Source: a candidate division FCPU426 bacterium
GTDB taxonomy: Bacteria > Oederibacteriota > Muellerivitia > Muellerivitales > Muellerivitaceae
Length of the DNA: 64,000 nt
NCBI GenBank assembly: GCA_963719085.1
Contig: CAVRAL010000001.1
Coordinates: forward strand, 1,120,001 to 1,184,000
Direction: 5' to 3'
Shown here: positions 15,895 through 25,700 of the stretch, piece after piece
Layout: the number at the start of each line of letters is the position of its first letter
Numbering within the stretch: the first letter of the stretch is position 1
Program-made: the position numbers and the translations under genes
The notes under the pieces: model-generated
Seen by the model: the letters and a program-made list of their open reading frames with translations, nothing else
The model's database searches: none
Told to the model about the DNA's origin: nothing

Positions 15895-18165
15895 ATGACG
15901 ATCAGCTTTAAAAAAATCGCGGTTGGAACCAAAAGACGGTCGCTGTTTTTATCCGCGCTCTTGCTTCCCTTCCTGTCGGCCGCCTTCCCGGCCTGGGCCG
16001 CGCCTCCCGCCGGCTACAACCTGGTTTGGAGTGACGAATTTAACGGGCCCGTCGGGAGCGCCCCGAACCCCGCCAACTGGACCTATGACACGGGCGACGG
16101 AGGTTGGGGCAACAGCGAACTGGAAAACTACACCAACAGCACCAACAATTCCCGGATCGTCTCGGACACCAACGCCACCGACGGTTCGGCCCTGGCCATC
16201 ATCGCCATCGACACCCAGCCCGGCAACCCGAACTACGGCACGGTGGGACGCTATACCTCCGCCCGCCTTTTAACGTCCGGCCTTCAAAGTTTTCAATACG
16301 GCTACATGGAAGCCCGCATCCAGATGCCCTATGGCGACGGCATTTGGCCGGCCTATTGGATGTTGGGGAATAATATCGGCTCGGTCGGATGGCCCGCCTG
16401 CGGCGAGATGGACATCATGGAAAATATCGGGAACTCCGCGGACCAGCCGCTCAACCACAGCTCCCTTCACGCCCCCAACTGGAACCCCACCGGGACCTAT
16501 ACCCTGCCCGGCGGCGCGCTTTATCACAACGCCTACCACACCTTCGCGGCGCTTTGGCAGCCCAATCAGATTCAATTTTACGTGGACGGGGTTCTTTTCG
16601 AGACCCAGAACTCGGCCGGGGCCGCCGGCGCCGGTGGCACTTACGAATTCAACAGCTCGATGTTTTTTTTGCTGAACCTGGCGGTCGGAGGCAGTTGGCC
16701 CGGTTCGCCGGACGCCGGCACTTCTTTTCCCCAAACCATGCTGGTGGACTATGTGCGGGTGTATCAACCATCAGCCGGAACCCCGACGCCCACCCCCACC
16801 CCGGTCGTCGCCTCCACTTGGCGGGTGGTCGCGGGCGGGGCCCAGACCACCGACAGCCAGGGGCATGTTTGGAGCGCGGATGAGAACTATACGGGTGGAA
16901 CGTCGGCGGTCGTATCGACCAACGCCATCACGGGATCCCTTCCGGGAGCGGGCGACCAAGCCCTTTACCAAAGCCAGCGATACGGAAACCCTTTCTCTTA
17001 TGTCTTCAATGTTCCCGCCGGGTCCTATCAAGTGACGCTTAAGTTCGCGGAGAACTATTGGACCGCGGCCGGGGACAGGGTTTTCAATGTTTCCATCAAC
17101 GGAAACACGGTCCTGACCAATTTCGATATATTCAAATCAGCCGGAGGTGAAAACATCGCCCTGGATGAGGTGTTCAACAATATCGCGCCTGCCGGCGGGG
17201 CCATCACGATCCAATTCGGTCCGGCCAGCGTCGATAACGCCATGGTCGACGCCATCCAGATCATCCCGGAACCGGCCACGCCCACGCCGAGCCCCACTAT
17301 CACGAATAGTCCCACTTCAACCAAAACCGCCACTCCCACCAAGACCCCGTCCCCAACCGCTACTACGACCTTCACCGCGACGAAGACCCCCTCCGCCACA
17401 CCCAGCTCAACAGCCACGCCGAGCGCGACCGCCTCCCAGTCGCCAACGATGACCAATACACCAACTTTGTCGACGCCGACTTGGACAACGACCACACTTC
17501 CGACTTCGACCGTGACTTCCACCCCGTCCGGAACCCTGTCCCCCACTCCGACGCCGACCTGGACGGCCCTTTTCACGAGTACGGCCACGCCCACCAAAAC
17601 CCTCACCTCGACTCCCACCCCCACTTCCACGCTTTCCTACACGCCAACTGAATCATCCACCATAACCCATACCTTTACACCTACGATGACGAAGTCCCCA
17701 ACAGAGACCGCCACTTTCACCCCGACTTCGTCGTCGACTGGCACCGCCACACCCTCGCCAACGAAAACATTCACCCCGCCTCCGACAGCGACCTGGACCG
17801 ATACCATGACCCCTTCGCCGACCCCCACAAATACTTCAACCGCCATCGACACTCCGACCCCGACCGCCACGGCCCAGATGCCGGTGGGAATTCCCATTCC
17901 ATTTCCCAATCCCTCGACGGGCCCCGGGCCGGTCCAAGTGCAGATCCTGCTCAAGCAACCCGCCGCCTGGCTGGCGATCAAGGTCTATACCCTGGCTTTT
18001 CGGATGGTGAATGAGCAGAACTACCAGAATCTCCCGGCGGGGCCCAATGACTTTCCTTTGTCGCCCACCGGAAAAGGGGGAGCCCCGCTGGCCAATGGCC
18101 TCTATTACCTGGAAGCCACGACTCCCCAAGGTCACTCCGTCGGGAAGTGGCTGATTCTCCGCTGA
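15895..18165 (+). CDS. Secreted GH16 (laminarinase-type) glycoside hydrolase with malectin domain, long Thr/Pro linker and T9SS-like/FlgD-Ig C-terminal domain
   Basis: Signal peptide, LVWSDEF, WPACGEMDIME (ExDxxE), malectin (LYQSQRYG..YQVTLKFAE..RVFNVSING), TPT repeats, tail PFPNP..LANGLYYL..GKWLILR. Confidence 0.92.
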   Translation: MTISFKKIAVGTKRRSLFLSALLLPFLSAAFPAWAAPPAGYNLVWSDEFNGPVGSAPNPANWTYDTGDGGWGNSELENYTNSTNNSRIVSDTNATDGSALAIIAIDTQPGNPNYGTVGRYTSARLLTSGLQSFQYGYMEARIQMPYGDGIWPAYWMLGNNIGSVGWPACGEMDIMENIGNSADQPLNHSSLHAPNWNPTGTYTLPGGALYHNAYHTFAALWQPNQIQFYVDGVLFETQNSAGAAGAGGTYEFNSSMFFLLNLAVGGSWPGSPDAGTSFPQTMLVDYVRVYQPSAGTPTPTPTPVVASTWRVVAGGAQTTDSQGHVWSADENYTGGTSAVVSTNAITGSLPGAGDQALYQSQRYGNPFSYVFNVPAGSYQVTLKFAENYWTAAGDRVFNVSINGNTVLTNFDIFKSAGGENIALDEVFNNIAPAGGAITIQFGPASVDNAMVDAIQIIPEPATPTPSPTITNSPTSTKTATPTKTPSPTATTTFTATKTPSATPSSTATPSATASQSPTMTNTPTLSTPTWTTTTLPTSTVTSTPSGTLSPTPTPTWTALFTSTATPTKTLTSTPTPTSTLSYTPTESSTITHTFTPTMTKSPTETATFTPTSSSTGTATPSPTKTFTPPPTATWTDTMTPSPTPTNTSTAIDTPTPTATAQMPVGIPIPFPNPSTGPGPVQVQILLKQPAAWLAIKVYTLAFRMVNEQNYQNLPAGPNDFPLSPTGKGGAPLANGLYYLEATTPQGHSVGKWLILR

Positions 18166-18181
18166 CCTTTCCTGTTTAAAA

Positions 18182-18940
18182 CTACCGGTGAATGAAAAAA
18201 TAAAGGGTTAAGAGAAACCCGACAACCGAAATAAAGTTCCGCAAAATCGACGGATTTACTTTTTCGAAAAAAAAACGCCCAAAAATCCGCCGCTCACGGC
18301 GCCCGCGATCATGACCATCGTCACCGGCCAATTCAGCGAATAATTAAAAAAGAAAATGCTGACGGCCACACCGTTCATGAATCCGGCCAAAAGCGTTTTA
18401 ACGGCATTCATCGATTGGATATTTTTCATTCCAACCATGGAAAAAACGCCAAGATGAGAATGCCGTTGCATCCCCCGAAATAACCTCCATAGATCGCCGA
18501 AAGAAAAAGGACCGCCACCAAAAGAACGGGGGTCGATTTCCGGTTTTCCATCTTGCGGATCACCAGGGACCCAAAGGTAAAAGCAGGGTCGCGAACAAAA
18601 GGAGATAGGGCAGCAAAAAAGTGAAATAGCTTTGGGGCGCCTTGACTAAAAACTCAGCGCCAAGAACCGCCCCCGCCAGAGCCGCCGACAGCCAATAAAG
18701 AATTTGGGAGCCGTGGAATTCGGAAAATTCCTTCCGGTAGGCCCAAGCGGAGAAAAACTAACCAAAGAAAAGCCCCACCGTGCAGGTAATATTCGCCTCA
18801 ACCGGCCGGATGCCTAAAAAGACAAGGATCGGGAAGGTGATCAGGATTCCCCCTCCCGCGATGGAGTTCAGGGCCCCTGCCGCGAAGGCCGAGAAAAACA
18901 GGAACAAATCGATTCGAAAAGGGGAAAAGTCCACCGGCAC
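18182..18940 (-). pseudogene. TauE/SafE (TSUP) sulfite exporter family pseudogene
   Basis: AFAAGALNSIAGGG.LITFP, in-frame TAG at 18758, further frameshifts; later fragments give IYGGYFG and MNAVKTLLAG and end at TAG 18182. Confidence 0.85.
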
Positions 18941-19219
18941 TAAGGGCAGAAAAAAGCTAGCTGGGCCACCTCAAAATTGCAATGCGTTTGATTAGCACCC
19001 AGCTGAACGGCCTTAGCCTTGGGGGCAGAGTGTCGAATTCTCGTCGTCCATGAAATCCTCACCATTCGCTCGATAAAGGCGAAAACCTAGTGTCCCCTCC
19101 GTTACGCTACGGGGAGAGCCATTCATCCAACAAAAAAGGCCATCCAGATGAACCGAATGACCTTTAATGACATGAATGGGCCCCCTCATAAGGCGTCGGG
19201 GACATCCACTTGCTCTATA

Positions 19220-19324
19220 AACAAAAAGCCGGGCAACACGCTAATTAGCATATTGCTCGGTTTTTGATGCAAGTGATGCCCGAGGCCGAACTTGAACCAA
19301 CATGCGGTTGACCTCGATGGATTT
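19220..19324 (-). repeat. Decayed duplicate of the tRNA-Leu 3' half plus its downstream hairpin (island attachment site)
   Basis: 19274-19324 matches 39431-39481 with 7 mismatches in 51 nt by manual alignment; the adjacent hairpin also matches 39376-39423. Confidence 0.88.
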
Positions 19325-19723
19325 CTCTAAATTTTGTCGCAAGAATAAATTCAGAGAAAAGAACTCCCAACCGTTTACATCAACAGTCCCTTTCCAAAAC
19401 CTTTCCACCCCTAGCAAACCAACTTGTTCGGGACTTAGGGTCGTAAATCAATGGTCTGCTTTCAGTTTTATTCTCCGCCGAGGAGGTAAACCCGGCCTGG
19501 CAGTCAAGCTGACAAAGGTCGGTTCCGGTATTTTAAAGGCGTAGATTTGGATGATTTTCATGGAGAGGCCCCTGCTTGTGTATACAAGTACACACAGAAC
19601 TTAAAAGGAGATTAATAAATGAGGATATTATCCAGATAAGATTTTCCCGGGGATAGGCTTAAAAATTGATTTCAAAAACAGCTCAGCTTATTTTCAAATA
19701 ATTGGCTCGAAGGCTAGAAAAAA

Positions 19724-20116
19724 TTAATCCACGTCCTCGTTCCCGGCCTTCCAATTCTTCCAATAAACATAAAACTGATAAATAAAAAAAGAAACAGCCG
19801 ATATCGCCGTAAGTGAAAATTCCGTCATAAAAAAAGCAAGAACATCTTTTGAGTTAAAATTCAAACCACATTTAAAGCAAATTAAAAAAAAACCAATCGT
19901 AGAAAAAATTATCGGAAAAACCCAAATAACAGCAACAATGCTCCTTTGATTGGAATTTATATTAGCAACTTGAGAATAGGGAAAATATTTAACCATTATT
20001 AAATAATTGCATATTGATAAAAAAATACCAACGAAGATTCCGAATAAAATTGCGATTATCATCGAAGACCTTTTCCCCATTTTTCGGTTGTGCAGACATT
20101 CCACCAGATCGGTCAT
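19724..20116 (-). CDS. Small hypothetical membrane protein (about 3 TM)
   Basis: 130-aa ORF with three hydrophobic stretches; true start uncertain. Confidence 0.55.
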   Translation of the reverse strand: MTDLVECLHNRKMGKRSSMIIAILFGIFVGIFLSICNYLIMVKYFPYSQVANINSNQRSIVAVIWVFPIIFSTIGFFLICFKCGLNFNSKDVLAFFMTEFSLTAISAVSFFIYQFYVYWKNWKAGNEDVD

Positions 20117-20162
20117 TTATTTAAGTTCATCATTCTACACGACTTCATAGCCATTAAATTTA

Positions 20163-20520
20163 CTACAAGCTGTTATAAAAAGATTCTTTTTCATAATTTT
20201 CCCTAACTAGCTTCAGCACCGTTGTCGACCAACAAATTGCCAAAATGCAAGACAGCAAAAAGACAATAAGGAGAAATTTCGATATTCCCCAATAAGAAAT
20301 TAAAAAGGAAAAAATAGCCAAAACAAAATGCTTAAAGGAATATGCCAAAGCCAGCCCAAACCTATATTTTTCTTAAAATCTTTTTCCAAAAAATAAAAAT
20401 AAAAGACAAAACACGCATAACTGAAAAAAATAACTCGCAGTAGTAGAATTTAGTTTTTTAAAATAAGAAATCAAAATAAATAAAAAATCAAATGACGAAT
20501 ACCCCATAAATACAAATTCA
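20163..20520 (-). pseudogene. Probable fragmented membrane-protein gene
   Basis: Hydrophobic 61-aa ORF preceded by further Phe/Leu/Ile-rich codons in broken frames. Confidence 0.35.
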
Positions 20521-21277
20521 AATATCTTTTATTCTCCCGAGCAGAGTTCCAATAAGTCCACAACTCGCTTAATTTCCTCCTAATCTTAACTCATAACTAC
20601 CGTTAAGAAATAACGGTTTCGAGGACAAATAAAAGGGAATTTGGCCCCAGAAAAATGGCTACGTATTCTCCATCAAAACACTTCTTAAACGGAAGTCTCC
20701 GGTGTACGGGAAAATCATCTTTTACAGAAATCCCGGTTCTGAAAAGTCATCTGGTTTTCAATTAATTTCGTTTCCTCGTCGCCAAAAAGGCCGGATTGGT
20801 CATGGAACAGAGCTAAATATTCTCCAAACAGTTTAAGATCGGCACCGTCTTGCTACCGAGTATGGATTCACGTCTGGAAGGAAAGTCGTTCATGGGTTGC
20901 ATTTCTGATTGAGCATGTAGTAAATCCTGGAGCTGGATTTCATTAGCAAAACTTTCTGTATTAAGACAATCCACTTGTCACCCGGAATTCTCAAACCTGT
21001 TACTTCTATAAATAGATCTTGATTGACTGCTTTTAACATCATTCCGCCTTACTTCTCGCCGACGCAATCCAAAAGGTTATACATTCGTCTCATAGCTCAT
21101 CTTTTCCCAGCCCGGGTTTCGCCTCGGTTCCGTTAGCCTATTTTCTGTCTTTTAATATCCCCCGGAATCCAAATATATGTCCATGATGTTTCAAGATTTT
21201 CTACAAAACTTAGTTTCCGGGGAGCCAGCCGCTTCCCGCCCCGTCTCCCGGAATACCTCATGAAAGGCGACTCATGC

Positions 21278-22474
21278 TGACCTGTGTCCCGAAAACTAAA
21301 CTAGTTTAAAGTAGAGACCTCTCGTAATAAACTACGAAACATGGGAGACTCAAAAATGAAAAAAAGCCGATTTACCGAAGATCAAGTGGTGCAGATTTTG
21401 AAGGAATCCGAAGCCGACACGGCGACCAACGAGCTTTGCCGCAAATATGGGATTTCTCCCGAAACCTTCGATAAGTGGAAATCGAAGTGCCGGGGATTGG
21501 AAGTCTCGGACGTGAAAAAGATGAGACAGTTGGAAGAAGAAAACTCCAAGCTCAAACACATGGTGGCCGAACAGGCGTTGGACATCCAAGCCTGAAAATG
21601 GTTCTCTCAAAAAAGTTCTAAAGCGCTCACAGAATCGGGAAGTTGTGGGCGCGATGGCTGAGCTTGGATTGCGTGAGCGAAAAGCCTGCGACTTGATGAC
21701 GTTGAACCGAAGCACCCACCGCAATGAGACGCATCCAAGGGATGATTTGGCTCTACGGAAGAACCTTCTGGAATTGCCTCAAAGGTGGCGCCGGTTCGGT
21801 GGACGTCGCATGAAGATAATGCTGGAACGCGAAGGCTTCCAGGACAGTCCTAAGCGCATTTGACGTGTATATAGTGTGGAAAACCTGCAAGTTCGCAAAA
21901 GGAACCGTAAGAAGGTAGCTCGGTTCAGGGCGGCCAAGCTGGCAGCCCCAATCGGAAGAACGAACGGTGGTCGATGGATTTTGTGAGCGATGCTTTGGCG
22001 AACGGTCGAAAGTTCAGGACGTTGAACGTGGTGGACGAATACACGCGGGAATGCTGGACTATTGAAGTGGATACGTCGTTACCGGGTGTAGCCGTGGTTG
22101 AGGTGTTGGAGAGGCTAAACCAGGAGCAAGGCTTGCCGGAAGTACTGATGACGGACAACGGTCCGGAATTTGCGGGGACGGTGTTGGATGCCTCGGCTTT
22201 CAAAGGGGGCGTGAAGATGCACTTTATTGATCCGGGAAAGCCGACCCAGAATGCCTATGTGGAAAGCTTCAACGGAAAGTTCCGGGACGAGTGTTTGAAC
22301 TAGCATTGGTTTTTTGATCCGGCGGAAGCGCACCAGAGGATTGAGAAGTGGCGGCAGGAGTACAACCAGATCAGGCCGCACAGTAGTCTTGGAAACGTAA
22401 CACCGAAAGAATTTGCTCAAGCTAGAAGGGCTGGACTCCACTTATGATTGGTACAAAAATAGGGACACAGGTCA
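21278..22474 (+). mobile_element. IS3-family (IS407-like) insertion sequence, inactivated
   Basis: Terminal inverted repeats TGACCTGTGTCCC at both ends; 4-bp target duplication ATGC (21274-21277 and 22475-22478). Confidence 0.93.
21356..22440 (+). pseudogene. IS3 transposase OrfA/OrfB pseudogene
   Basis: MKKSRFTEDQVVQIL OrfA, AAAAAAG slip site, DDE core ([32 protein letters not shown]); premature stops at 21593, 21861, 22301. Confidence 0.92.
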
Positions 22475-22745
22475 ATGCCATCACTTCATCCATTCTTCGT
22501 CTAGAACTTCGTAGTCTTTCTGCAGTTGCGTGTCAAGGGTCATCTCAAGGAGCTCAGTCGCTAGAGCCGTCCAGAAATCGCGCCAATCGTTCCACGGGTT
22601 TGCGGTAGTCGGGCCGACCATAGGTGGCACGCTTCTCAAACACGAATGGCGTTCATCAAAAGAAAAGTCAGATAACTTTATATAAGGAATTTGAAAAATT
22701 GGAGAAGGAAAATATTCACGCGTAAATATAAGGGGCTGACTATTA

Positions 22746-25700
22746 TCAATGAATAATCGCGACTTTCCCGACTTGATTTACTGGGCCACTCCCAATTCGA
22801 AGGGTATAAACATATAATCCGCTGGCTACCGGCGCTCCAGCAATATTATTTAACTTCCACGTCAAAGTGTTTAATCCTGTTTGGCCCTCAACATTAAATT
22901 GGTAAACTTTCTCGGCCGTTAATGTATAAAGCGTCAAATGCATGGTTTCACTTTGAGTTAAATTCACCCCAAATCGAATTGGAGCACCGTCTTTTGAGAT
23001 ATTTGGCATAGCCAACACCGTCATCAAAGGAATATTTGGAGTCGGAGTAATTGTTGGAGTGCCTCTGTTTAGTTCTATGCTTTGACCTCCGATACCCCCA
23101 GGAGTATCTGTCGGAGTTGGAGTTTCCGGAATAATTTGGATAGCGTCAATTTTAGGGACGTTTACGCTTCCAGGCGCGAATTGAATCAATATCAGTCCAT
23201 TTGAATTTGGTCTAATATTATCGAATATCTTATCGTCCGCTTTATATTCCCCACCCGCATCAGAAAAGAGATCAAAATTGGGAAGTAACGTCGTATTGTT
23301 AATTCCGATGTTGTAAATTCTTTGCCCGATCCCAGTCATAAACAATTCGGCCATTTTTAATTTAACCTGATAGCTTCCTTGGGGAACTGGGAAAGCGTAG
23401 GTCACGCCGTTTCCATATCTTTCCTTTTGATATAAGGGCTGATCAGCCGAAACGGGACCAGAAATTGAAGCTGCCGTATATCCTAGATTCAAAGAATTAC
23501 CATAATAATTTTCATCTCCAGCCCATACGTTTCCTGAACTATCCGTGACGTTCGCGAAACTGCCAGATCTAACTCGCCATGTAGTAGGCGCGGAAGGTTC
23601 AGGAATAATTTGAAGCGCGTCAATTTTGGGATTGTCCGCGATACCGGCTGTTAGAGCTACAACAATTTGTCCGTTAGGGTTCGGTAGAACGTTATCAAAA
23701 ACCTTATCATCGGCGATATATTCCCCGCCGGCGTCTTGTACAATGTCGAAATTCGAAAGCATGGTAACCCCATTTAACGCTACATTGAATACTCTCATGC
23801 CTGTATTACTAAAACTGAATTCAGTAAATTTCATTTTCACTTGATAGCTACCAGGTTGAACATTCAAGGCGTAAGTTACAGGCTTACCTTTTCTTTCATA
23901 TTGATAAAGAGCTTGATCCGCGGAAGCCGCTCCAGTAATAGAAGTACTTGTACTGTTTGTTCCAAGAGAAACCCCGGAACTGTATTGATCAGGTTGCCAT
24001 TTATAACCTTGGCTATCTGTAACCGTAGTTCTGGAATTACAAATTCGCCAAGTTGTGGGACTCGAAGGTTCCGGAATTACCTGAAGTCCGCATATCGCCG
24101 GCCAGTTATATTTACCATTTGATAACTGAATCGCAATTTGTCCATTAGCGTTTGGCGTTACATTGTCGATGATTCTGTCATCCGCGACAAATTCTCCACC
24201 TGAATCATAATAAATATCAAAATTGGGATTAAGGATGTTGTTATTTATCCCAATATTGAACTGACGATCATTTGGAGCAGTGTAAAATTCCTCGGCAAAT
24301 TTTAAAGTTACTTGATAGTTTCCATTTGGAACAGGCAGTAGGTAGGTAACCCCACCCGATCCTTTGACATACCGATAATCTTGATAGATCTCTTCATCGG
24401 CAGAATTCACCCCCGTAATAGTATTTGTCACAGAAGCAGTAAAATAATTGGATGCTTCGTAGCTTGTATCCCCGATCCAATAATTGCCCTGACTATCTGT
24501 GAATCCCGCTCCGCCTGAATTTATCCGCCAAACCGACTGTTGATTCGAAGGTTCAGGGATAATTTGAATTGCTTGAATTGAGGGCCTAGAAATGAACGGG
24601 GAACTTAATTGAATCACTATTTGTCCATTTCCATTTGGACTCACATTATCAATTACTTTATCATCGGCTTCATTTGCTCCCACTTCGTTGTAAATGTCTA
24701 AATTGTAAAATTCTATCTGATTGTTTATATAACCTCCAAAAAGTCGTTCCCCCTCTTGGGTTACTGTTCCATCTGTTTCCGCAAATTTTAAAGTTACTTG
24801 GTAGAGTCCAGGCGGAACGTTCGCCACATATCCAACAGGACTCCCTTCAACTGAATATGAGTAAACCGAAGTAACAGAAGCGCCACTTACCGGAGTACTA
24901 TCTGGTCCATAGTCATATATGGTTGTGCCCACTGAGTTTGCCAAATATATAGAATAAACAGAAGACCACGAAACACCATTGCCATCAATAACCGGTGTTG
25001 TGTTCGCACAAACTCGCCAAATACTTGATATAGCCGTGGATGTGCCTGTCGGAGTTGCCATCGGGGTCCAGGAACCAGTTGGGGTAGGAGTAAAAGTATT
25101 CGTAAATGTCGGAGTAATTGTTGGAGTTGATGTGTAAGTCGGGGATAAAGTCATGGTTAGTGTTGGTGTAAAAGTTTGGATCGATCCCGTGCTAGCCGGA
25201 ATGATCTCTATTGATCCAATTAAATTATTTGTACCAGAGTAGCTCAAAATGTACTGCCCGGTTGTAGTTGTCGCGAAATCATCCCCTTCGGCATAGGGGT
25301 TTGGCGTGAAATTCCATCGTTGATTTTGACCAGAAACCGCAGTAATTGCGGCGCCATTTACGTGTTCTGCGAGATCCACAATCCAACTATTTTGATATGT
25401 TGTGGAAATTGTGACCGCTGATGCCGCAGATACAGACGCAGAAGCACCGATTGGGGCTGACTGGTATACCCCATCATAACTCAGCGCCCCTACAAACATT
25501 TGGACAGAACTTGAAGTATGCACAATTAAATTATTTGTTCCACTTGTAGGATTTGCTAAATACCAAACTTCAGTTCCTAATCCCGACCCGGAACTTGTAT
25601 TGCGAAAAGCCTTTATCAATGAAGTCCCGTTATATGTCACTGATGTAACTGACACTGAGCTTGAATGTATCGCCACTTGAGCTAAAAGCAAAGTATTTGA

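Noticed and set aside
17270..17880. Repetitive DNA as a CRISPR or tandem array
   Set aside because: It is a low-complexity Thr/Pro/Ser coding linker. No constant repeat-spacer array or cas gene was seen anywhere in the window.
18758..18760. In-frame TAG in the TauE/SafE gene as stop-codon recoding
   Set aside because: Additional frameshifts follow, so decay or sequence error is the simpler explanation.
19274..19324. Second functional tRNA-Leu
   Set aside because: Only the 3' half is present, with a mutated T-arm and CCA end.
20530..21270. Orphan Rhs C-terminal toxin module
   Set aside because: No NP..DP.G core motif or sustained ORF found; it looks like decayed sequence.
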